This document shows, piece after piece, positions 1 through 12,434 of a stretch of 64,000 nucleotides of DNA. How positions within the stretch are numbered: the first letter of the stretch is position 1; every line of letters begins with the position of its first letter. The stretch lies in assembly GCF_009914755.1 (NCBI RefSeq), contig NC_060947.1, one strand, 5' to 3'. This DNA comes from the human T2T-CHM13v2.0 reference genome, Homo sapiens. The translations under genes were made by a program, and so were the position numbers. Under the pieces are notes generated by a model. The model saw only the letters and a list, made by a program, of their open reading frames with translations. It had not been told where the DNA came from and did no database searches.

Positions 1-741
1 CATTCACTTGCAAGAAAACATTGTCTACTTCATTTGCACAGTTGTTTTGTTTTAAACGCCTACCCATTAATGCTGTGTATCTCAGCAGACATGTTTACTT
101 AAGGAAACAGTAGTTCTCTTAGATTAAGGAGTGTTTTTGAGATTCATTGAAATATTTTTCCCTTTGTGTGTATGATTTTTAGTTATAATTCAGTCCCCTC
201 CCTGTTGCTTTCTTAATCCTAAATTAAGATACAGCTGTTTGATGGGCTGTATGCCATTTTCCTCATAGTTAATATTTCCTCTCCCCCAACACTTTCTGAA
301 CCTTCACCTTTAAAGACAATGAATTTGCTATGCTTGTGTTATATAGAGATGGTGAATCTTAATTATACTTTCAGACTACAGTGTCTGTGTCTAGCTGTGC
401 ATTTGAATGTTTCTGATCAAGATGTATATGCTCCAGTATATTTATTTTTAATCCCAAATTACATCTTTCTCAAGCCAAGACCAAATGTGAAATCATCAAC
501 TTTTATTTACAGACACCTGTCAAGGGTTTGTTAATAACTCCATTCTTGTACCTTTCTTGATATAGTTCCCTGAGAATTTCTCTTTGCCTGCAATCTGGGG
601 GAAGACATGAGCCTAAAAGATTTCTCACTGAAAGGTGGATGTGCGTTTTGTGCTTCCCAAAGCTTACTAAGTGAGGCTCTCCAGGCTTGGCAAGTGTGAG
701 GCATTTCCATGTGCTTCTCTGGATTTTTTTTTTCTGGAGAA

Positions 742-1438
742 TGTAGGAGTGGAAAGGTGTGACAACTTCTCTCACTCATCATAAGGGTCATGGCTGACTG
801 ATACTGCTACAACAAAAGACAGGTTAATTACGGAAAAGGAAAACAAATTTATTTAATCAAAGCTTCATGTGACATGGGAGACTTCAGAAATGAAGACCCA
901 AAAACCTAGGGAAATACGCCCATTTTTATTCTTAGATTTGTTGAAGAATGGAGAGCCATACAGAAACGTGACTGGATAAAAGGGGTATAAGCTAATGGTA
1001 ACAGACTGATGGAGGAAAACACAGAAAAGCCTGTCTGTTCATATTTTTCTTGGCCTCTCTGTATAGCATTCCTTCCTCCTGGGTATAGGAAAGGACCTCT
1101 CTGGAATGAGGATCTTATGCCCTACTGTGAGACAAGGTAAGGCCAAGAATTTATTTATGGTCAGCTCCCACACAGAAAGGCTGGGGAAGGTAAGAGTAAT
1201 ATTTCTAAGTTTGATGGCTTGCTTTGTGAGAGAGGGATTCTGTTTCTATGACCCACCTTAGGGAAGAGGAATTCTGGCTTCTGTGACTCACTTCAGAGGA
1301 GAAAGAGGGATGAAATATAGGAAGGCAGAGGGAAGGTCAGTGAGAACTTGCTGCTGAGGCCTTCCAATCTCCTTTAGTTCAAAGTACTTAGCATGCCTAA
1401 GCTCCATACTTTGGGGTATTATTTTCTGAGCCTCAATA
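742..1438 (-). mobile_element. ERV1 solo LTR, MER39-like
   Basis: The reverse complement starts TATTGAGGCTCAGAAAATAATACCCCAAAGTATGG, resembling the MER39 start. The other terminus is TGTAGG at 742. 4-bp TSD AGAA at 738-741 and 1439-1442. Confidence 0.8.
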
Positions 1439-2549
1439 AGAATCATAATATATTTGAAGAAAATTTCCCTATTTAAGGAGATTTAATTTGAGAACTAAGC
1501 CAGATGCTCTCCCTTAGGCTATTCACAAAGATTACCAGTAGAAGCAATACAACATGGATTTAAGACATCTTCTAATGTGACTTCAAGCTAATTAAAGAGG
1601 TAAAAAAAGAAAGGCCTACAACATAGCATCCAGTGGAAGGAGAATGCTTCAAACTCACCCACAGCATTAGCTCATTTATTTCCTATTCTTTTCTAAGAAG
1701 TCACCCACAGAGGCTAAGATATGCTTTTTTTCTCCATCCTGCATGTGATTTTGACTAAAGGGATTGTATTTTAGATAATTTGAAAATCCAAAGATTCAGT
1801 CCAAAGAGACAATTCAGCATTCTTCTCTTGAAGACTTACAAAAGATGGTAATTGGAACGTGTATGTTTTTATGAATGGTTCCACAGGGAGCAAAAAAATT
1901 TTTTAAAGGATGAGTTTCACACAGAATGACCAGTAAGCAAAGATGGTGGAAGTATTTATTATTATAAAGTGCATGACCTTAGAGGTTATCTGTTGCCAAT
2001 GTTATCTACACTTTATATAAGACTACTGGGCCTAATTTGTGGACACATATAGAGTATTTATGAGGACTATTAAAAAACCTTTCTGCTAAAGCAACACCAG
2101 CTCAAGAGTTTTTAGTTACAAATGAGTGTTGTTATTTGATGAGAGGAGGAAAATGTTAGTTGGTTAATTGCTATTTCATGAGTACGGGCTTCGAAATACT
2201 GAAGAGTTAACTAAGCAATCCCAACAACCAAAGTTTACATAAATACAGTAGTTATTACTCTGTTTACATTGACAAATCTCTTTTCCATATGAAAAAATTC
2301 ATATTTCCATATGACCTGAATTTATCTTATAAGATTCCTTATAAAATCCAAATTAAACTTTATGAAATTATAGTCATATTATCAGAAAACATGTCAACGT
2401 TTAATATATTGAACTTCATTTTATTTGAAAATCTAAAATTCTGAATACACAAGAACGATATTAAAAATAATGCCTACATAGTCCAAAAATGTTGTAAAGT
2501 GTCTTGGGTGGGGGCTGATGGAGATGTGGAGGGTAATTTATTTTGAAAT

Positions 2550-3712
2550 CCAACTACAGTTTTCTAATAGGTACTTAAAATTTAATTCAACATCTAATTT
2601 CTCTCCCCTCCAAAAAGTTTTCCTCCTTAGTCTTCTTCATCTAAGTAATTGGCATCATTGGGTCAAGCAAAATGTGGACTTTATTATGATCTTGCTCCTC
2701 CTCTCACAAAATCTCCACATGTAATCTATCATCAAGTCCTATTTACTCTGGCCCAGACTATAAATTGAATTTGACCACAAGTCTTGAGGTGTGTCATCCA
2801 GCCCAAGCTGCCATAATTCCTCACTTGGACTACTGGAACAATATCCTAACTGTTCTCTCCCCTTCTGGTTTGACTCTCTGTATTCTAATCTCTAAAGAGT
2901 AAAATTAATATTTTTAAAATGTAATTCACATAGCACTCTCCTCCTCAAAATATTCCAATGGCCTCTGATTGTCATTGTACGTACAATAAAATCAAACTGC
3001 ATATCACTTCAAGCCCTATAGACCTACTTTCTGCCTTTTTTTTTTTTTTTTTTGAGACTGAGTCTCGCTCCATTGCCCAGACTGGAGTACAGTGGCGTGA
3101 TCTCAACTCACTGCAACCTCCGTCTCCTGGGTTCAAGCGATTCTCTTGCCTCAGCCTCCCAGGTAGCTGGGATTACAGGCACCCACCACGATGCTTGGCT
3201 AATTTTTGTATTTTTAGTAGACATGGGGCTTCACCGTGATGGCCAGGCTGGTCTTGAACTCCTGAACTCAAGTGATCTGCCCGCCTCAGCCTCCCAAAGT
3301 GCTGGGATTACAGGTGTGAGCCACCACACCTGGCCTCTGCCTACCTCTTTAACCTCATTTTGTAACACTCTCCCCCTCATTTACTACACTGTAGCTACAA
3401 CAGCCATCTTCGCATTTCTCAAACAGCCTTTGCATTTTTCCTTTCTTCTGCCTATAATCCTCTGCCTCATATTTTTACAAAGCCACTTCTTTGTTGCCAT
3501 TCCAGTCCAAGCTCAAATGTCTCCTTCACAAATAAATCTACTCTGAACTCTCAATCTAAAGTAGCTCCTAATTCATTCTCATTTAATTCAATAACATATT
3601 TTTTCTTCATGTTTGAGAGCAAGGACATCATCTCTCTTACTAGCTACTGTATCCTGAAAGTCTAAAATACTTTGGTCACATAGTAGAAATTCAACAGATA
3701 TTTGTTGATTAG
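2550..3712 (+). mobile_element. L2 LINE 3' fragment, interrupted by an Alu
   Basis: L2 motifs CTTGGACTACTGGAACAATATCCTAACTG and TTCCAATGGCCTC, and the terminal GTCACATAGTAG...AGATATTTGTTGA. Boundaries are approximate. Confidence 0.7.
3036..3335 (-). mobile_element. AluS (Sx/Sz-like), full length
   Basis: Poly-T at 3036, dimeric Alu body, ends ...CCACCACACCTGGCC. TCTGCC is present on both flanks. Confidence 0.95.
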
Positions 3713-5179
3713 TTACATATCTTTGCCTTAGTTGAACACCACTGTTCCTTATTTTGCTTATTTTTATTGGCATTGTTTTATTTTCTTTTGTTTTTTCAAG
3801 TCACACTAAGACAGTTAGACTCGTTTAAAAAAATATTTTTGTTTTCCTCTCTGGCCAAGATACCTGGACCTACTATATAATCTGAAATATGGAATGTGTA
3901 AATAATTGAGAAGAATGTTCATATATATATACATATACACATACACACACACAGAGACATTATGTATACTCCAAATGCAGCTGCTTTAAAAAAAAACTGT
4001 TTCAAAGATTTTCTCCTTTCATTGAGAACATGGTTTTGCTACCATAAAAATGGATGCCACATTGAGTTGGTGATTTTATGTCTATGTGGGGATCCATTCT
4101 ATCCCAAACTCAATTGTCCCTGTTAGGCCTAAATTTTTTTTAGACTTCTGGGTTTTTCCCAAGATTAGGAGCTTTGACTAAAATTAATCATATTAATATG
4201 TGATGACAAATTACAAACACCAACATTAGATGAGTAACAACTTTTTGCAAACTTTGGATGGCTGGATAGCAGAATTATTTTACCCTAACTGTAGTCCAAG
4301 TTCGGCATTGTAACTATTGGTTTGACCTAATGAAAGTAGATTATCTTCATTGTAGCTCACTTTCTTTTTTAACTTTTTCCAACTAAATTTTATAAGTAAA
4401 CATGAGATTTGAACCAAAGTTACCAACTGAAAGTTACCAGCTCATATTTTTACATTATGGAGGGGAAAACAGTGGTGTTGTAATCCACTCACTACCCCCT
4501 GCAATCATCTCATGCCAAATTAGGGTGACACACACATCAAGAACTTGGCATATATTACCTTTAATTTGAATATTGTAAGGACTGTTACTTGACATATGCT
4601 TATAAAATATCTAAAGTTAAAAATCATGACTAATGAGGGCTAGCATTGATGGAATGCAGAGAGAAAGTACTGCATTGGGAATGATTTGTATTTTAATCAT
4701 GGGCTGGGCAAAGTTGCATTTCAGTTTCTTTCCATCAGTAGGACGTATGTGAACCTAACAAAAATAACCAGCTATGAGCTATCTTATAAAAAGATGCTAC
4801 TAAAGAGGGCTTCCTGCCAGGTGTAACTTGCCTTCATCTGGGATGCTAGAGGTATCCTGCCTCATCATCTCCAGAAAAATGTAACTGTATTTCTCAAGCA
4901 GAAGAATCTCAGAGAAACCCACAAATATACCAAAGGAAAGAAAGAATTAGCATTTGGATACTGACCACGCCCAGGTACTCCAATGGTTTGAAGTCTGAAG
5001 GAAAAAAAAATGATTGTGATTGTAACAATTTTATCTGGAAACTTTAATGGAAGGAAAGATTTAATTGGAATTTAGAAAACTTGAGCGATCTCAAAAGTCA
5101 TAAATGGATACTGCCTCCTACCTGTCTATCCCAGGCAATAAACCTCACCATGTCACCAGAGGTGACAGAGACAAAATGT

Positions 5180-5330
5180 TGGAGTGGAAAGCAAAATGGA
5201 GTAGTAGCCAGAGGACTGGCTCTGTAACCTTGGACAAATCACTTAGCATCTCTAAGCCTCAGGCTTTTCACCTGTAAAAATGAAGAGGGTGGATCAATGA
5301 AAGAGTCTTTTCATGTCTGAAATTATAAAT
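5180..5330 (+). mobile_element. MIR SINE fragment
   Basis: MIR core TGTAACCTTGGACAAATCACTTAGCATCTCTAAGCCTCAG...CACCTGTAAAAATG. Confidence 0.75.
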
Positions 5331-6107
5331 GCCTATAAAATTAATAGGAGGTACATGTAACTTAATCTAAATGAAAGCAATTTCTAAATTTTAAGGCATT
5401 CTGTGAAATGCTGATTCTTTATTTCAAGTTTTATGGGAGATGTAAACTAAGCTTTTTATAAAGACAGCATTAACTGGTAAAAAGCTACAGTATTGAAGTC
5501 ATTCACAACCAGCCTCTAGTTTTACAATCGCTAAGAAATGAGGAAGTCATTGCAGTAGCATTCACATGTATTTTGCATTGTGTCCCCTCAATGACCATCT
5601 GTCTCTTTTCCAGATGATCTGGTAGGAGGCATGATTTCAACTTGCATGGCATATCTGAGCAGTGACGGAGAGAATGTATGCCTTTGCATAGACTTTTTTT
5701 TTCATCCTTATCCTTTGTCATGTTTCCTTTTCATTGTCCTTTATGAGTTTCAGCATTGCTGCACTCCTACACAGTACAAAGCGGGAAATTGCAGGGAGCT
5801 TATGTTTGAAGCAGGTTCACTACATGTACACCCTTTTCTCTCTGCTTTTTTCTTCTCTGGGCAAGTGTTGGGAGCATGTAAATGGGAACATGCACTAATA
5901 AAAATTCTCACTACAGTTTGTTCTCTGTGACTGTGACACTGGCTCTACTCCCTTATGCACTGGAGTACATACTGGAAGTCAGAAACCAAAAGGAGAGAAA
6001 AAACGATAAAATGAAAGATCAAATATTAAGTGAAAAAATAGGATACAAACCAATGTTAACAGTATGAATCTAATCTTTAAATGAAGAAGACAATCTGTAT
6101 ATACATA

Positions 6108-6953
6108 CATGATATTAAGAAATATATATTTAGTGTTTATCCTGTTTCCTGACGTGCAGCTCCTAAAATCCTTGGAATCTTCGGAGGGTGAGTGACTTTT
6201 GTTTGCTGAAGAGATGACTGGTGTCTGGGGGTCCACAGATAGCCTCAGGATGGGGGCTAGTAACCAGAAAGACCAAGACAGTCTTAGAGGATTAATTTCT
6301 AGGCCCACTTCCCAATCTTTAGGAAGGGAAGAGAGGCTAAAAGTTAAAATGATCACCAATAGCCAGTGGTATAATTAATCATACCTGCATAATAAAGCTT
6401 CTATAAAAACCCAAAAGGACAGGGTCTAGGGAGCTTCCTGATTGCTGAACATGTGGATGTTCCTGGAGGGTGCAGAGAAAGCATGGAAGTTCTTCACTTC
6501 TCACATGCCTTGCCCTGTGCATCTCTACCACCTGGCTGTTTATCTGTATCCTTTCTAATATCCTTTACAATAAACTGGTAGATGTAAATAATGTGTTTCT
6601 CTGAATTCTGTGAGCTGCTCTTGCAGATTAATCAAACTTGAGGAGGAGCTCTCAGCAGTCTTGGTCAGTCAGACGTATAGGTGACAACCTACTACTTGCA
6701 CCTGGCATCTAAAGTGGGCGGAAGTCTTATGGGACTGAGCTCTCAACCTGTGGAATCTGACTGATGCTATCTCCAGGTAGCCTGTGTCCCAATTAAATTG
6801 AATTAGAGGAAACCTAGTTGGTGTCTGCTGTAGAATCCCTTTGCTGGTGGGGAGAATTCCATATACGTTTTGCTGACCCTGAAGCATTCCATGCTGTGTT
6901 GAATGACTATGCAGGAGAGAAAGGAAAACACACTGGATTTTTTCCCTATATCT
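6108..6953 (+). mobile_element. MER21-family solo LTR
   Basis: TGATATT..AAATATATATTT start, CTCCTAAAATCCTTGGAATC, CAGGATGGGGGCT, ATAAAAACCCAAAAGGACAGGGT and an internal AATAAA. All match recalled MER21A/B sequence. Confidence 0.8.
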
Positions 6954-9900
6954 CTAATAGTATTTTTAACAAACACTATAAGGAAATATACACTATGTCT
7001 GTGCTCATCTGCAATATTTACATGTTCCATAATGAAACTGTATTAATTTACCCTACAAAAACTGTAGATGTTTTCTTTTTCAATAAAGAACTCCCTTAAA
7101 ATAAAATAAAAGTAAACCAATAAAATAATAAAGCAATAAAGAAGGATTTCCTTTAACAAAGGATAAAATGTTACCTTTGTAGAAGGAGGGAACTGGAAAC
7201 ATACGCACCCTTTGGAAAGGAAATGCAAACTAATAATATTACCTGCCACATATAGTTTTCTTACTGTGTGCTAGGATCTATCTGAAACCCTTTACGCATT
7301 AAGAAGGAAACAACCCACAATATTAATTTTGGCTATTATACCGTTTTACCATGCTTCTTCAACAATTCCTTTACCTTATTTGTCCCTCAGCTTCCCTTTC
7401 TGGAAAATGAGAATAAAAACAGTGTTCTCTGTTTTTCTCTCTCCACTACCTGCTGTATAGACATGCTATTGTGCTCATTAAGATTCTATAAAATACTTCA
7501 GAGACTCTGAAATGTATTTTAACATTTCAGGAATAAAAACTTTCAACATAGTATTACTACAGACTCTATAAAACATTAGCCATTCTTTTAGATTATACTT
7601 TCTTCCCCAAATAATCGTTTGATCTTTTTATTTAAATATTGTACTCTTCAAGTGAATTGAGCCAGATATATTGCATTCTCTTGATACAGTTATTCAAGTT
7701 CTATTCCATACTATAACTGAAAAATGGGCTATTTCCCAGTAGACAATAATAATAAAAATGGTCCATCCTCAAATAACAAGTGCATTCAGATACCAGACAA
7801 TATTGGGTTTTAAGGGAAACCCAGTTGAGGCTTTTATGAATATAAAATTTCTGACTTCCTTATATTGAATGTAGTTATGGTTGTTTAAATGGCCACAGTA
7901 AACATTATTAACAACACACACACATACTATTGTTTCCTTGGCACTGGGTTAATACGTGTCACTCTCTAGGCTTAGAGGAAGACATTTAATAAGAAAAAGT
8001 GAACAACAGTAGCTTTATTCTTCTGAATGAGCAAGCTGTTTATTAGCAAGATTCAGGTTCAGTTGGAGCCCTAGTTTTCCGCTAGCAACTTGAATTTCTG
8101 TCACATTCTATGAATACATGAGATATTATTCATTCATTAAGGTGCAACTATAAAGTCGCCTAACTAACTTTGTTAGTTTGACCCTCTCTAAATTATAAGG
8201 ATTACATTTACTTCCTTTGGTGAACGGTTCTTGAGATGTAAATGAACTCTGACACCCATGTCTGGCTTTCTTTGTGAAAACAATGCAAGCTCAGCTACTT
8301 TTCCATTCTGCCCCAGTTCACATGGACACAAACTTCCTTGGGGTGGAGACTGGGATTCAGTGGAGCTATAAACCGAAAGGGCTCCTGGTTTAGGGTCAAT
8401 ATAATACCCTGCCAGCCAATCCAACCCAGGTGAATAGCATTCTGAACCTCCTTATTTTCTATCCAATAAGGGAGGATGCTCACGAAAGGATCCCCTCCCA
8501 ATCACTCAGCAACACAAGGAGATGAGATGGCCAGGTGAATAAAGAAGGTTATCTTTGATTGAAGAAACCTACGTATACATGCTTGCCTCCTTCATCCCAA
8601 CCCACCCTTCCTATAATGTTGCATGCCCTCACACTGTCCTTGACTGTCCACTGTAAGCCTCTTTCTGGGCATACCCTTCTCCTTTGGGCCTCTTTCCAGT
8701 CCTTACCTCACTCTATGTTCTAGATCATTCCTTCTCTTTTCTCTTCTGTTTTTTTTTTTTTTTGTCTCATGGAGATAATCTGATGGACAATGCCAGCTAT
8801 CCCTTCACCTGGACTATCTCCAAGATGTATTTCTCTTTTCCAAGGGTCTTCCATTTCTCAGAGGAGTAATGCTAATTACAGTTGTTATAGATGTTTATGG
8901 TACACTAGCAAGCTTCAAAATCCACAACTCAGGAAGATACCTACTTGTTATATGCACAGAGTAAGTACTACTGGGGTCTCTTATTCATTTACTCTGAATC
9001 CCTGAATAGATCCTCTTCTTTTTGCAGGGTTTTGCCTTCTTCAATTGTAAAATGGTGTTCATAAGTTCCAACCCCAAGTTGAAAAGTAATTATCAGGGAA
9101 GAGCTGGAAATTATCAGAGAACATCTAGACTAGAATGGCAAATAGGTTTCATCCCAAGGGTCAGCTTTGTTTTATTGATACTGGAAGTCTGCTTTGTAAA
9201 GTTAAAAATAATTCTGAGGCCTTGTCTACGGTCAATAGTAAAGAATGTTATGATTGGTTAGTTCTCTCTACTACTGGTGTGAAACAGGATGTGGCAGCCT
9301 GTGTGTCAGTTACGTTTTGTGTTTTTTTTCTTTTCATTTTATACATAGATATCTCAATTAATGATCTTTCTCTCTACATGACAAGACACAAGCATGATTG
9401 GAGATTTGAACAATTTATTGCTTAGAGATGCTAGCACCAGACAAGGCATATGTTCTACTTCTGTCTTCCTAAAAAAATTGTGTTTCCAGGAACTTCAGAA
9501 TTTATAGCAGTGTCCCCTTGTACGGCAAATGTTACTCCTAGGCAGTGTTGGAGATGGCTTGAAACAGTACCTAAAAGCCCTATTTATGTAACTGTCGCTA
9601 CTAAAGTCACTTTTTTTTCCAATAAAGGTAGTAAATATAATAAAACATAGCTGTGTTCCATGAGCAACAGGACATGGGAAGTTCTCATTAGCCACCAGTG
9701 TTGACATTGGTGGTAGTATCAGATTAGCTCCCATTATCTGTTAGGAGGCAAGGCTGGACCATTAATAGAATAGTATATTTTTTGAAGAATAAAATAAAAT
9801 AGAAGGATTACAGTTTGGACAAGTCCAGGAAGTATAGATCCTGATGCATAAGAGCTGGGATGAGAATTCCAGGTACCAGAGACACTAAGCTACAAAATGG

Positions 9901-9970
9901 GAAAGTAAAAAACCCCAATGTCAAATGTTTTCACCTCCACAGGTTATTTGGAAACAACCCTCTATGTAGA

Positions 9971-9975
9971 GTGTG

Positions 9976-10028
<53 letters not shown>
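9971..10028. repeat. Compound microsatellite (TG)n(GA)n
   Basis: About 19 TG units followed by about 10 GA units. Confidence 0.95.
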
Positions 10029-10599
10029 CATTTGGTTGAAAGGTAGGCAGTATTCAACCCTAACAGAGCTGCTCATCTAGATTATCCAGTATTAGCCACA
10101 ACTTCTACCATACTTGGTTGGGTTTAGAATCAATCTGGTTCATAATATCTGGCAGCTGTGTATTTGGTGTACAGCCACAAGGGGTTAGGGATGCTTAAAA
10201 AGTCATAAGCATGTTAACAATGGTTAGAGGCAGTGCTGAGGAGATCAACGATCAAAAGGCAGATTTCTCCCGCCTTCATAGAAAACACAGTCAATTGCAG
10301 CTTCTGGGCTGCAATGTCTGAAGCTAGATAAGCCCAGATTCCTGTTTCTAGGGCAGTGATACCAAAGGCAGCAGCACTTACTCGTCCAGATGACTTTTCT
10401 CTTTCATTATATAATTAAACTGGAAACTTGCTCTTAAAGATTAAAATTATAATTTAGGTCTAGGCCTCATAGTGGAATAAATTTTTTCCTGCCCTACTTA
10501 CCCTATACTAGGACACTAATTAAGAATCTAGGATTTAGAATTAGTCAGGCTTCAGTTTGGGGAGGATATGTGAGTTATTTTAATGTTTTTGTCTCAATT

Positions 10600-10702
10600 T
10601 CTTCATTTTTCCCTATGAACCTGGATATCTCCTGGTATGCTTCATCTTAGTAATTGCCACCATCATATAACTAACCAGTTGCTCAAATCAGAAATCTCGG
10701 GG
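10600..10702 (+). mobile_element. L2 fragment (left part; continues at about 16650)
   Basis: L2-like CTTCATCTTAGTAATTGCCACCATCA...CCAGTTGCTCAAATCAGAAATCTCGGGG. Confidence 0.55.
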
Positions 10703-10915
10703 TATGTACTAGCTCAGGATGCCATAACAAAATACCATGGACTGGATGGCTTAAACAACAGGAAATTTATTTCTCTCAGTTGTGACAGCTGGAAGTCTGA
10801 AATCAAGGTACTGGCAGCTTTGATTCTGCTAAGGCCTCTCTCCTTGACTTGCAGATGACCGCCTTCTCTCTGGGTCTGAAATGTGGCCATTTTCTTAGAG
10901 TATAAGAATTCCTAG
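10703..10915 (-). mobile_element. MLT1B-like MaLR LTR, left part (split by L1PB1)
   Basis: GCCATAACAAAATACCATGGACTGGATGGCTTAAACAACAG...AGGCCTCTCTCCTTGACTTGCAGATG. Confidence 0.85.
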
Positions 10916-11350
10916 CGTCGACATTGCAGCTCTCACTTGGCTAGACAGAGCAGTGTGCAGAGGCTTGCATCATGAATTTTAGTGCCAGAACGACTGCAAG
11001 AACAAATCAGGAATCCCAAGAGGACCCACAGACCCTCTGAAGGAAACGGATTGCTCCTGCAGGACCCAAGAGACACCCCAAATACTGTGCTGGTGTTCAT
11101 GGCTGAGACACCCATAGATGGTTCACATCACAGGACACTGTGCAGACAACCCCAGTACCAACCTGGAGCCTGGTAGACTTGCTGGGTGGCTAGACCCAGA
11201 AGAGAGATAACAATCACTGCAGCTTGGCTCAGGAAGCCACATCCATAGGAAAAGGGGGAGAGTACTACATCAAGGGAACACCCCATGGGACAAAAGAATA
11301 TGAACAACAGCCTTCAGCCCTAGACCTTCCCTCTGAAAGAGCCTACCCAA

Positions 11351-12350
11351 ATGAGAAGGAACCAGAAAACCATCTGGCAATATAACAAAACAAGGCTCTT
11401 TAACACTCCTCAGAAAATCACAGTAGCTCACCAGCAATGGATCCATACCAAGAAGAAATCCCTAATTTACCTGAAAAAGAATTCAGGAGGTTAGTTATTA
11501 AGCTAATCAGGGATGCACTAGAGAAAGGCAAAGCATAATGCAAGGAAATCCAAAAAATGATACAATAACTGAGCATAAAGAAAAAACAACCAAAACTTCA
11601 GGAAACATTGGACACACTTATAGAAATGCAAAATGCTCTGGAAAGTCTCAGGAATAGAATTGAACAAGTAGAATAAAGAAATTCAGAGCTTGAAGACAAG
11701 ATCTTCAAATTAACCCAATCCAACAAGGACAAGGAAAAAAAGAACAAGAAAATATGAACAAAGCCTCCAACAAGTCTGGGATCATGTTAAACCACCAAAC
11801 CTAAGAATAATTGGTGTTCATGAGGAAGAAGAGTAATATAAAAGTTGGGAAAACATACTTGGGGAAGTAATCAAGGAAAACTTCCCTGGCCTTGCCAGAG
11901 ACCTAGACATCCAAATATAAGAAGCACAAAGAACACCTGGGAAATTCATCCCAAAAACATCATCACCTAGGCACATTGTCATCACGTTATCCAAAGTTAA
12001 GATAAAGGAAATAATCTTAAGAGCTGTGAGACAAAACCACCAGGTAACCTATAAAGGAAAACCTACCCAGCAGATTAATGGCAGATTTCTCAGCAGAAAC
12101 CCTACAAGCTGGAAGATATTGGGAGCCTAACTTCAGCCTCCTCAAATAAAACAATTATTAGCCAAGAATTTTGTATCCAGTGAAACTAAGCATCATATAC
12201 GAAGGAAAGATAGAGTCTTTTTCAGACAAACAAAAACGCTGAGAGAATTTGCCACTACCAATCCACCACTACAACAACTGCTAAAAGGAGCTCTAAATCT
12301 TAAAAAAAAATCCTGGAATCACCTCAGAACATAACCCCTTTAAAGCATAA
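11351..12350 (+). pseudogene. Decayed L1 ORF1p (RNA-binding protein)
   Basis: ATGAGAAGGAACCAG start, RPNLRIIG-like and PRILYP-like motifs. Contains stops and frameshifts. Confidence 0.85.
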
Positions 12351-12434
12351 ATCACCCAGGACTTGTAATACAAAAATAAAATTTAAAAAGCAAAAACAAA
12401 AACAAAAAAACAAGGTACACAGGCAACAAATAAC

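Noticed and set aside
3052-3546. 164-aa ORF and similar ORFs at 24745, 32424, 35181, 39675, 45478 and 46013
   Set aside because: These are translations of Alu sequence ([16 protein letters not shown] motifs), not genes.
5151-5167. TGTCACC-AGA-GGTGACA palindrome / CTCF-like motif
   Set aside because: 7-bp arms are expected by chance, and the CTCF core GGC positions mismatch.
8188-8501. Overlapping minus-strand ORFs in unique DNA
   Set aside because: Short, non-ATG starts, and no recognisable domain or splice support.
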